Origin: Mobula hypostoma
Taxonomy: Eukaryota
DNA length: 64,000 bases
Assembly (NCBI RefSeq): GCF_963921235.1
Contig: NC_086108.1
Location: 19,158,001 to 19,222,000, forward strand
Direction: 5' to 3'
Made by a program: the position numbers and the translations under genes. Below the pieces are notes generated by a model. The model was not told the DNA's origin, ran no database searches, and saw only the letters and a program-made list of their open reading frames with translations. Below are positions 39,961 through 51,580 of this stretch, piece by piece (the stretch's first letter is position 1; each line of letters starts with the position of its first letter).

Positions 39961-40193
39961 TTGTTGTATTTTTCATTTGGTCCCAATCTTAGGATCAGAA
40001 TTATATATTATCACTGACACACAGTATGTTGTGAAACTTGTTGCTTTGCTGCAGCAGTTCAGTGCAAGACATAAAATTACTATACGTTAATATTTGTATC
40101 TGACAAATATGTGCTTTCCTGCAAAGCAACATCGTCCTCTTGTCTTCAGCCTTTCACCTGCAGTAAAGCACTTTGATATTTGCTGAAGTGAAA

Positions 40194-40370
40194 AGTACAC
40201 ACACTTCTTAGAGTCATAGAGAGACAAGGAAGTACACACACTACTTAGTCATAGAGAGACAAGGAAGTACACACACTACTTAGTCATAGAGAGACAAGGA
40301 AGTACACACACTACTTAGTCATAGAGTGACAAGGAAGTACACACACTACTTAGTCATAGAGTGACAAGGA
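40194..40370. repeat. 35-bp tandem repeat, ~5 units (gtcatagagWgacaaggaagtacacacactactta)
   Basis: gtcataga starts at 40213, 40248, 40283, 40318 and 40353. Confidence 0.92.
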
Positions 40371-41924
40371 AAGCCCTTGGGCCCACTGACATCCCTGTTC
40401 ATTAAGCTACCCATTTACATTCACCCCAGTTTCTGTTCTCCCACATTTTCATCAACTTATCTCCAGATTTGACCCAGAAATAGGAGTAATTAACAGCAGC
40501 TAATTAAACTACCAATATGCATGTTTCTTTGATGAGGACTCAGAGGGAAAGCATACAGTGATAAGGAGAATCTGCAGACTCCACACAGACAGCACCGGAG
40601 GAGAGGATTGAACCATTGTCTCTGGCATCAAGAAGCTGTGGGTCTACTAGCTTCCCAGCTTGAAGTATAGTGACTGCCTTACTCACTGATTCAGCCACAA
40701 TACCTCATCTCTTTCAATCAACATGTCTTAGGGACCCAAACTAGGTGCCAAACAATCACTCTAATTTCTGTCCATCTTCTTTGCTACTCTCTGGAACGTC
40801 CCGGGGATGCCATTAATCTTGCACCTCTTAAGTCATTCAGTTTTCAGCCTTCCTGGGGCTGAGCATGAAAGGAATGGATATATTGCCACCATCCTGGGAG
40901 GAATCACTAACAGTAACCAGACAGAAATGTATGACTCTGAAACCTGATACCAAAGGCAACAAAAAACAAAACTACTCATAAAGCCCGGGTCAAAAATATA
41001 CTGTGAAGGAACAAACAAGAGCTCAATGGTTCATTATGTCTAGCCAAGGCTGAGAAGTAAAACTGCCTTTTCTACCTAATCTGCCTTTCCCTCCAGTCAC
41101 TGACCCAATTTTTACCAAATTGTTAAACCCCAAGTCATCAAACTGCTGAACATATATACCTGAACATGAACTCTCTCCTGAATCAGTGCAATTAATCAAG
41201 ATAATCAATAGGAATCAATTGATGTCTGGAAGGTGGCATCTTTTAGCACAGCAGGGAGGAGATGTGTCAAGAATGAAGCTAATTCTTAGTTGATTAATTT
41301 AATGCCCTTAATCCTTTTTTAAATGGATTCAATTGGCTGCTCTTATCTGCCATTCAGATATAAAATGTATGAGCCACAGTCAAACGAAGCAATACAGATG
41401 TGTCCAGCTCCACTGTAATTGACTGAATTCAGTCATTTAAACTAGGCTTAAAGTAATTCTAAGTAATTGCAGCAATATCAGAAAAAACACAGCACAGTCT
41501 GCCTGCCATTGATCACAGTCACCATGGATACAGGATATTAATGCAAATTAACAGGACCATGGGTGTCATTGCACCTGAGGTTTTGGCCCAGGTTGATGGA
41601 CGTCTCCATATGGCCACAACTCCTCAGCATTCTGGTGAGGTTGAGTGACTGGGCGTTTGGAGTGCTGAGTACCTTGGGCATGCAGTGATTCTCTAAAGTG
41701 AAAAATTCCATGGTCTGTGACACTATTTCTTTCAAGCATACTATGACCTTACTGCTGGGTGGGCAGATATCATGGGGAGTTCCAGGGCACAGTCTGCAGT
41801 GGAGACCAGAGTCTGAAACAACTCATGCAGAAACAGAAGGAGTATTTAAATATGTAAGGGTGATTTGAAGATAACGTTTTGGCAGGATAAGGTAGGATTT
41901 CCACAGAGACACAACAAAGACGAA

Positions 41925-42830
41925 TAGGGATAGGTTTCCCCTTGATCCTTTGCATCCAACATATCATTCTCTGCAAATTTTGCAATCTCCAACAGGATCC
42001 CATCATGGGACTCATCTCCCCCCCCCACCCCCCCCCCGCAACTCTCTGCTCACTGCTGACATCACTCTTTCCGTGGTTCCCTTGTCCACTCCTCCCTCCC
42101 TGCTAATCCAGGTGAGGCAGTCTTTCACATGTGAATCAACCATTACACCTGGTGCTCCCAGTGAGGTCCATTACAGAGTGGGGATTGCTTCATCAAGCAC
42201 CTTCACTTCATCCTCTGGAACAGCCAGGAAACCCTGGTGGCCAGCCATTTTAATTCCACTTCCCATACCATCACCAAGATGTCTGTCTATGGCCTCTACT
42301 ACTGCTAAATTGAGGCTAGACACAGATTAGAGGATTAGCCCCTCTTATTGGTAGTCAATAAACTGATGGCATGAACATTGATTTTTCAAACTCCTGTCTA
42401 CAACTCCCTTCTGTATCTTTCCCTCCATCTTTTGTTTACCTTTATCCTAGCGGTCCCCATCACCTCTTCTTTTTCCCCTCCCCTCTTCTTTTTCCCCTCC
42501 CATATCCTCTCAATCAGTCCATCGCCCACACTTTCATCCCTCTGGTTTCCCTCCTTATGTCCTTCATTATTTTATTCCACGATCCACTATCATCTCCTTT
42601 CAGATTCCATTTTCTTCACCCCTTTCTATCTTCCATATATCACCTCAAAGCTTCTTACCTTGCCCACTATCACTCCCTTCACCTATCATCTTGCTCCATC
42701 CCTTCCCTCCACCTTTTTATGGTGGCTATCCCCCCTGTTTCTTTCAGTTCCAATGAATGGTCTCAACCCAAAATATCAACTGTCCATTTCCCTCCATAGA
42801 CACTGCATGACTCACTGAGTTCCTCATCCA
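41925..42830 (+). mobile_element. Penelope-like element 3' part: decayed GIY-YIG endonuclease region, pyrimidine-rich UTR, pLTR
   Basis: Manual translation gives DRFPL.., IQHIILCKFCNLQQDP, QVRQSFTCES and VGDCFIKHL...VASHFNSTSH...MSVYGL. It ends with a degenerate version of the 43338 motif (cagttccaatgaatggtctcaacccaaaatatcaactg). Confidence 0.78.
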
Positions 42831-43112
42831 GGATTTCCACAGAGCTCTCCTAATCACTTGTTGTAACTTCAGTAGACATTGGGAGATATAGCAAGAAGTT
42901 TTTGCAAACTCCAAGCAATATCAGATGTAAATCCTATTTTCATCTATCCTTCCCTGGCTGCCACCCAGGACAGACAACTACAGCCATGTGCACTGATGGA
43001 CATTGATGAAAAACTGCACAGTCCTCAAGCTGTGACATTGGTGAATACACCAGCTTAGATTGAAAGGGACGGAATGGGGTATTTCTTTTCAAAGGCAAGT
43101 CAATCATATTTA

Positions 43113-43467
43113 AGTTGCTGGTGAACGCAGCAGGCCAGGCAGCATCTGTAGGAAGAGGTGCAGTCGATGTTTCAGGCCGAGACCCTTCGTCAGGACTCTG
43201 CCTCTCGCCGCTTCTCCCGTCAAGCTCTGAAGGCGACTCTCTCCACCATGAGGAGGTACTTGGTGTCCCTATCCCAGACCCTTCCACACCTTCAGGACAC
43301 TTACTTCGCCGTCTGTAATGGTCAAATTTCTTCAGTTAGTCCTGACGAAGGGTCTCGGCCTGAAACGTCGACTGCACCTCTTCCTACAGATGCTGCCTGG
43401 CCTGCTGCGTTCACCAGCAACTTTGATGTGTGTTGCTTGAAGTTCCAGCATCTGCAGAATTCCTGTT
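43113..43467. mobile_element. Young Penelope-derived unit with 86-bp inverted arms and 14-bp flanking direct repeat
   Basis: Arms 43112-43197 and 43338-43423 differ by one mismatch. gtcaatcatattta occurs at 43099-43112 and 43468-43481. Confidence 0.88.
43338..43373 (+). ncRNA. Minimal type I hammerhead-ribozyme motif (PLE-associated)
   Basis: AGTC-CTGACGA-A-GGGT CTCG GCCT-GAAA-CG-TC-GACT: helix I AGTC/GACT, CUGANGA and GAAA core boxes, a helix II hairpin and a GUC cleavage triplet ending at 43369. Confidence 0.65.
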
Positions 43468-44334
43468 GTCAATCATATTTATTTTGTAATACAAACACTT
43501 GAAAGGATCTTTAAAAAACTCAAATTAACAGATAAAAGGCCACAAAAAATGTGGGTGTACAGGAACATAAAAGAGGTAGTTTTGTTGACGTATCTATTAC
43601 CTGTGGTAATTTTGCAGATATTTGGTTAGGAACTAAAGAAATAACTAAAAATCACATGCCATTAGAGAAGCTAAGGAACAGAAGAAGCCCTTCCACATAG
43701 TCCCACTATCACTTCAAATTTAATCCACCAGCCTGTATGTCCTAATACATTTCACTATTTCTTTGAGTTAACTTCACTCAACTTCACTTGACCCATCACT
43801 GAAATGTTCCTACAACGTATGGTCTCACTTTCAAGGACTCTTCATCTCATGTTCTCAATATTTATTGCTTATTTATTTATTATTATTTCTTTCTTTTTGT
43901 ATTTGCACAGTTTGTTGTCTTTTGCACACTGTTTGAACACCCAAGTTGGTGCAGTCTTTCATTGATCCTATTATGGTTATTATTCTATTAAGGATTTATT
44001 GAGCATGCCGGCAAAAAAAATGAATCTCGGAGTTATCTATGGTAACATATATGTACAATACTTTGATAATAAATTTACTTTGAACTTTGATGAACAATCC
44101 TCTCTCAACAAAGCTTATCACCTGTAATTCTTCTCCCCCACACCATCTGCGGTTGTCACTGTGCACGTGAGGCAGTATTCCATTTTTTACCTATTGTGCT
44201 ATGTGCAGTGCCCAGCATGTTATGAAGCATCTGCTCTTTTGTAGTTGTCTCTGGTTCCATCCTCCACAAAATGTGACCAAATCAATGTGTTTAAGTCTGA
44301 TCTCAACCTACACTACACTACACTACATTAGAAA

Positions 44335-44935
44335 AGAGCATCCATCCACCCTTTTGAATCACAGCTTCACTTTCAGGAATCAACAAGCTTCAAATCCTGG
44401 GCCTCTGTACCTCTCTCTGCAACTGGATCCTTGACTTTCTCACCTGGAGACCACAGTCTATGTGGATTGGAAATAACATCTCCTCCTCACTGACAATCAA
44501 CTCAAGGATGCGTGCTTAGCCCACTGCTCTACTCTCTCTACACACACAACTATGGCTAGGCACAGCTCAAATGGCAACTATAAATTCACTGATGACAAGG
44601 CTGAATCTCAGGTAATGACAAGGAGACTTACAAGACTGAGATAGATCAGTTGGTTAAGTGGTGTTGCAACAACAAATTTGCACTTGCCCTCAAGGAGCTG
44701 ATTGTGGACTTCAGAAAGGGGTTTGTCAGCAGAACACACATCAGTCCTCATCAAGGGGTCAGCACTGAAAAGGGTGAGCAGCCTCAAATCTCTGGGTATC
44801 ATCATCTCTGAGGGTCTATCCTAGGTCCAACATATTGATGTAATCACAAGGAAGGCATGACAACAGCTCTATTTCATTGGGAGTTTGAGGAGACTTGATG
44901 TGTCACCAATGACTGTAGCATAACTACATAGTCAG
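44335..44935 (+). mobile_element. Rex1-type LINE RT fragment
   Basis: ctctgcaactggatccttgacttt (LCNWILDF), caaggatgcgtgcttagcccactgctctac ([10 protein letters not shown]), aaggagctgattgtggacttcag. Confidence 0.8.
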
Positions 44936-45589
44936 GTAGCTTCTGACGAGGACATCTCCTGACAAGAACAGCAAGGTTTGGGAGAGGTCTGGGCCAAACT
45001 CCAGGCAGTATCAGAATTCTATCTGTTCCTGTTTGCTTCCTAGTAAAGGTGCTGATGTTCCTCCAACTCTTGTTGAAATCGCGGACAAAGGGAGTGTAGT
45101 TAAAATTGCATTATTGCACATTTTTTATTCTGAAGAACCTACACAAAACTTCATGGGGAATACATATAGGAGAAAGGTCAGGGCAAGGAAATTAAGAACT
45201 GCGGATAAGGTGACCTGTTGTAGGAAGGGAAGGAGCTTGTGTGGAGCAGAGAACATTTGGATTGAATGGCCGATGGAAGGCCCCACTATACACTTACTTT
45301 GTTTTTTTTTGTTTTGTTAAGCTTCTGTCTACAGGGGATGTAGCCAGGGAGGCAATGAGGAATGCAAGCTGGTGGTGCTGGATGCGGTTAGTAGCATCCT
45401 TTATGTGGAGATGGATTAGCTCTCACTGTGGTGTGATGCCTGGTTTGGGCTGCAGATACTTCCAGTTTCATACCAGAACAAACTACATTCTGTGACTACA
45501 TTTTGAGTGAGTTCCAGAGGCAAAGTTGTCTTTGGTGCAAGTGTCAAAGGGGAATTGTGAGCCAGCAGTCATGATTACAGGCTTTGGTG

Positions 45590-46125
45590 CTAAACAACCC
45601 AGAGACGCACGTTCAAATCCCACCAAGGCAGTTGGCTGCGGACCTTAAATTCAGTTACTAATCTAACATGTTAAAAAATGCTAGTTTTTGATACCAATCA
45701 CAACACAACGATATTGCTGTTCCTTCTCTGTCACTGGATCAAAATGAAGAAATTCCCTCCTTAGCAGCAGGGATATACCAACACCTCAAGGAATGCAATG
45801 TTTAAAGATAGCAGCTCTCCATCACCTTCTCAAGGGAACAAGGGATAGGGAATCAAATGCTGGCTTAATCAGAAAAGCCCACATCCTTTGAATGAACAAA
45901 AAGCTATCAGATCAATATGAAAACCAGCTAGTTGTCTAATGCCCCTTAGCAGGGGAATTCTGGACTCCTTACTTAGTCTGGCCCTAAGGTGACTCAAGAC
46001 CTCTCAATGTAGTTGACGTTTAAAAGACTTCTGAGAGCTGAAGGAAGCTACTCTGCTAAGAGGTAGTTCAGGATGAGCAATAAATGCTGGACTCTCTGGT
46101 GATACTAAATTCCTGAGAAGCAAGT
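45590..46125 (+). mobile_element. Old tRNA-derived SINE with a nested LINE 3' end (~45700-45902) that shares its tail
   Basis: B-box-like gttcaaatccc at 45611. Two related tails: gggataggg..aaatgctggc..cccacatcc..gaatgaacaaaaa and ggatgagcaataaatgctgg..tcctgagaa. Confidence 0.55.
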
Positions 46126-47716
46126 GGTTTTTAAAATTCCACTTGATTTTGTTTTGCATCATCAAACTCAATAGGGTAAAGGCTGAGTGGGGTGAAAAGG
46201 GCACCTCTGACCGCACATTTTGGCAGCAGTGGCCTGGACTGATACCTCCCCCTGTGGACCTAGTACTCACTCACCACATTTCAGATTGCAAAAGTAGCTC
46301 ATTTCTGAGGTGAGAAGTGAGTCCAAGTTGGCAAGGGTGTTCCAGCGTGCGAAAAGAAAAGCCAGTCACTTCATGCTGACTTCCAATGAATCGGTGTAAG
46401 GAGTTACAAGCAGCTGCCTCCGCACCAACTTTCCTCAGTATCAATTAGCCTCAAGCAGACCTTAAACCCGGCCATTAGACTTTGTGACTTTTGCAGAGCA
46501 GGTCAATTTAAACACAATCTTTTCTCAGCAGCACAATAATATACTATGTGTCTCATGATATAATACTCCTATGATTATAAATATTCATTACTTGAATTAC
46601 AGTACACAATGCCACAGGAGTACCTGTTAGTGCTGCTACTTCAGTGCGGTTACAGCATTTGACGTTAAAAGCCAGCAGACAGGAGCATTGAGAACTACAA
46701 CCTTGAAGAGTATCATCTGTTTTACAGCTGCTCACAATATTTTGAGTGATGAACACTACCAACAGATCACCTCCCCAGTCCTTGTTATCTCCCCACAATC
46801 CACATCCCTAATCTCACAGCACCTAGTTCAAAATGAGTAAATTAACCTGCAACTGCACTAACAGTTTTCACACCCTACATCACTCTTGAAGATAGTCAGT
46901 ACTGCACACATCTCAGTGTTTTCATGTCTTCAGTGAGAGAAAGCATCACTTCTGCTGTTACCTAACATTGCCTGTACCTACATTCACAATGGCAGAAGTG
47001 ACCATCCCATTCAAGATGGTTCACAGTGGGTGCAGGTTCTGCTGATCGTGCTGCCAAATGTTTCACACCTAGAATTCCGCTCACAACACTGTGAGCCACC
47101 ACCTTGCATCAATATTGCTATTTTAACAAACCCGTTGACAAGATCCACTGCACCCTAGTCTTAGTGAATCTTTCACACTCGACTTATCTGATCTTTGATA
47201 CAAAAACAAAACATCTTCAATTCAGCAGAAAACATAGCAACATACACAAAGCACTGAGTAAGTGATGCTGGGAATTTTGCTGCCACTGTTCATAAATCCA
47301 GCTAAACAAGGGAGCAATTCCTGCACATGGGCAGCGTTGACTCTGTGCATTACCTGTCACATTCTAAGACATTGCACCATTGACTGTATGAAATCTTTAG
47401 AAAGCGAGTGGTAGTGAACACTAAATGCCGACAATTTACTCCATCTCAGGCATGTCATTCCACTTCTCTCCCAGAGAGAGTGGCACAGTGGGAGGGGAGT
47501 CACTCCCTTTGAGGCTGCTGTCAGTCGAGGTTCAAGCAAGGCACTGAGAGAGACTAAGCAACAGCTGGTCTGCCTGGTCTGCTTGTTGTGATAACAGAAC
47601 ATGGAGATGGGACACACAGAAACATGGGAACATTAGTTCTTATAAAAAGCTGGGGGGGGTGCAGGGGCTGGGTTTACGTTTTTCTTTATTTAGAGAGCAG
47701 ATTGTTTCTCACTTAC

Positions 47717-47903
47717 TTTTCGTAGTCATGCTTGCAGTAAAGCTTCTTGTCTCTGTAGTAGCAAGTGGTGGCAAGGGGCTCCCTGCACCCAGCACATTGC
47801 ACACACTGCTCATGCCAGAAGCTGTCATTCACCCGCAGAAGAAACCGGTCTAGGATCACCCTATCACAGCCCTCGCAGACTGCCCTCTCCTTTCCACTGG
47901 GCC
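47717..47903 (-). CDS. LMX1A: LMX1A-like second coding exon, LIM domain 1: (G)[61 protein letters not shown](K)
   Basis: Manual translation of the reverse complement gives the complete LIM zinc-ligand pattern C-x2-C...H-x2-C-x2-C-x2-C...C-x2-D. Acceptor is ctgtcttttctctccAG and donor is AA|GTAAGT. The 187-nt length and phases 1/2 are as I recall for vertebrate LMX1 genes. [11 protein letters not shown] and RDKKLYCK are LMX1A-type rather than LMX1B-type (ESSWHEECLQC). Confidence 0.93.
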
Positions 47904-48074
47904 CTGGAGAGAAAAGACAGCAGAAATCCCCTGAATCTGCTTATACCACACGTTCCGCCATTTGACAGGTAAAATGTCTGGGATATGGATTATCGACACC
48001 AAACCATGGTGGGAAGGGCTGTGTATATGGTGTAACAAGGGCAACAAGGAAAGAAAGGAGATTGAGATGAAGTG

Positions 48075-48430
48075 ATAGCTAGCTAGCTAGTTGAATCAAT
48101 AGATAGACAGATAAACATATATATCATACCTAAATAAATAGAATGATTGATTACATAGATAGGTTAGAAAGAAACATTACACAGGAAGATAGATAAATAA
48201 ACAGGCAGATTGACACTTAAAGAAATAGATAAACATATGTTATATAAAGATAGATTGATAGATTATATAGGTTGATAAGAGACAGATTGCATATCTATAT
48301 GGATAGATAGATAACTGAACAGATAAACTGGTAATTTGGTATAAAGATAGTTAAATAGATTGAAATGATATATATTTTGTATCAAAAGATAGATTATATA
48401 AGTAGATAGAGATGGATAGAGAGAGAGAGC
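48075..48430. repeat. Degenerate (GATA)n/(TAGA)n low-complexity tract
   Basis: Many atagat / agatag motifs, ending in (GA)n. Confidence 0.75.
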
Positions 48431-50644
48431 AAGAGATTGGTGGATGACTGGTAATGGAGAGAGAAAGTGGAAGAGAAGCAAGGGTAGGGACATGCCTCAG
48501 TGGAAGAAGCCATTTGATTCATGCAGTAATGAAAGAAATAGAGAGCTACAGAATAGGAGAGAAGTAGTTTTAAATGAAGGGATGGGTGAATGTCTTCGGG
48601 AAGGAGAGAGAATGATACACTTAATATGCATCCATTGAATGTTTTGAGAATTGTGTGTACTAATAATAAATACATAATTAAAATTAAAACTCTAAGTCAT
48701 ATCATACAGTTGTGCTCAGAGAAACCTTACAGACAAAACACATTCTATCTATGAAACTGCATGATGAATCTCTCTTCACTTTATTTTCTAGATCAGTAGC
48801 AGGACCTCTCTTGTACATTCTATTCCCACACCACCTCAGTTCTCTGCTGATTAGGGTAAGAAGGATACTTTAAGGAAATAATTTGCAACTTTGCAGATCT
48901 CAGGATATCCAAAAAAAACTTCACAGCTGTTGAGGTATTTTTGCAAACGTAATATTAGTTACAATGCAGGAAAACACAGCAGTCAATGCACAGCTCAGTC
49001 CCACATGCAAGAGCAATGTCCTGTTTCACAGATATCAGTTGACAGGCATTATAATCATCTGTTTAAATTGCCCTTCCTTATTTTACAACAGCCTGAGAAA
49101 GCTGACAAAAGATGTTTCTGCTGGAACTGCTAGGAATACTCATGGTGCTTACAGAGAAGGCTTTCATCCAGTCAGTCTGGGCTACATTCAAAGCCAGCTC
49201 CAGGCCTTGGAAAATCATTCATGTTTATTCTGCAGTACAAACATTTAGGTGGATCTTTACACAGCTCCATATTCAAACATGCATGTTAATTTCAGGTAAA
49301 AACTCTCAGTAAGCAGAGATATACAAGGAAATCATTAAACAGAAGACACCAATGTTGACACAACTATTGCACACAGTATCATACGTATGTACTCCTCCCA
49401 CAAAATCTGGCTTGAAAATCAAAGCAAATTCTCAACAGAAAACAGTGAGAAAAATTCATTCACCAGTAACTTGCCGAATTTACAGTGACAGGTGAGGAGA
49501 CAGTCTTTCCCTCTACTCCATGTCCAGAATCTAAATTGGTAAATTGGTTTATTATTGTCACAAGTACCACAATACAGTGATAAAACTTGTTCTGCGCATA
49601 TCTATACAGATCATTTCATCACATCAGCAGATTAAAGTGGTAAAAACAACAACAGAATGCACTACAGTATATAGTATTATAATGCAGGCACACAATAATG
49701 GGAAAAGTAGGCTATGAGATCAAGACTTAATCAATATCATACAAGGGTTCTGTTCAATATAACCTAAGTACAGTGACTCCCCTGGCCGGTGCAGATAGGC
49801 CATACAATAGTGCCATCTGGTGATACAGGATATGGTGAATGCCATGGGCATGTGTTTGCCCAACCTGGACACACTGAACCCTAATACATATTGATGATAT
49901 ACAGTATGCATAATCAGATAGAGGGGATTGCTAAGGCCATAGTGGGCAACAGGAATGTGCACAGCTAAGGGCATAGGAAGACAATGTACTTGTTGACTGA
50001 TGTGAAAGACAGAAAAGTGAAATTAATATTTAATGGCTATAACTTTGCCACAGTCTTTTCTACCTGATTCTGTAATTAACTCATTTACATCATCCATCCC
50101 TGTCTTGTACACAGAATGGAGTAGAGTTTCCCAACAGAGAGAGCAACTTGCTCAATAGCTGCACAATTCACAAAGGTTTATACAAATCACACACAGAAGA
50201 TTGATGAGTGTGTGTGTTCAAGTGTCACAATATAATTCATTGGAAGGAGTCAGCTTTCCTTGTACTGTCTGTGGGTACCATCTACTTAAAGTTGTTAGCC
50301 ATGAACTATTATAATGTAAGACACATTTTTCTGATGTTGATTTCTGTGTACTATGCAATATGCAATGTATAATGTAGACTTGTAGAATGTATAGTATCAT
50401 TTCACCATAAAGTATCATCAATTGTCTTCTGAGTTAATGTGTTAATCTGGTTCCATGACCCATCGGCTGGCGGGTTTCCTTGAACCAGGCACAGACAGCT
50501 AACCACAGGGGGGATACTGAGCCATATTTAATCACTTATGAGAATGTTGATCCAATGGAAATGTATAGAAATTATCAAACCAAAATGGCAAACATCACTT
50601 CTGTGATAATTTATTGCTTAACATGATAATACTATTTAATATTC

Positions 50645-51580
50645 ACAGACCACAGTCAGTGCAGATCAGTAAAAACATTTCCTCCTGAATGAGGATCAAT
50701 ACGGGCACACCTCAAGAATACTTGGCCCACTTTTCTGCTCTCTCTATATATTCATAACTATGCGGCTAGGCACAGCTCAAACGCCACCTATAAATTCGCC
50801 GATGGCACCACAGTTGTTGGCCAGGTTTCAGACGGTGCTGAGTGAGGTGTACAGGAGTGAGATAGTTCAGCTGGTTGAGCAGTGTCACAACAACAACTTG
50901 GCACTCAGCATCAGCAATACCAAAGAATTGATTGTGGACTTCAGGAAGGAGAAGTTGGAAGAACACACACCAGTCCTCAGTCAGGGGTCAGTGTTGGAAA
51001 GGGTGAACAGCTTCACATTCCTGGCTGTCAATATATCTGGAAATCTATCTAAGGATCAACACATTGATGTAATCGTGAAGAAGGCATGCTAGTGGCTCTT
51101 TTTCAATAAGAGCTTTAAGAGATTCGGTATGTCACTAAAAACTTTTGCAAATTTCTAAGATGTCCAGTGGAGAGTATTCTGGTATGGAGGCTCCAATGTG
51201 CAAGATTGCAAGAGAGTGCAGAGGGTTGTAGACATCCTGTTCCATCATGGGCTCAACCCTCTTCAACATTGAGGATATCTTCAAGAGGCAGTGCCTCAAG
51301 AAAGCAACATCCATCATTAAGGACCCTCAACATCCTATTCTCTTTATTACCATCTGCGAGTTGGTATAGGAACCTAAAGATCCCACTCACTATTTTAGGA
51401 ACAGCTTCTTCTCCTCTGTTCCTCCATGAACAGTGAACACTGTCTTGTTATTCCTCTTTCACAGTATTTATTTATTTCTGTAAATTATAATAACTTCTAT
51501 GTTCTGCACTGTATTGTTGCCACAAAACAACAAATTTAACAACATATATCTGTGATAATAAACCTGATTCTAAATCTGAG
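50645..51580 (+). mobile_element. Rex1-type LINE 3' fragment
   Basis: YKFADGTTVVG; VEQCHNNNLALSISNTKELIVDFRK..ERVNSFTFLAVNIS; tail aataaacctgattct. Confidence 0.85.

Noticed and set aside
46266..46380. Possible LMX1A exon ending at a GTGAGT donor
   Set aside because: The translation (FARWNTLANLDSLLTSEMSYFCNLKCG) has no LIM2 similarity.
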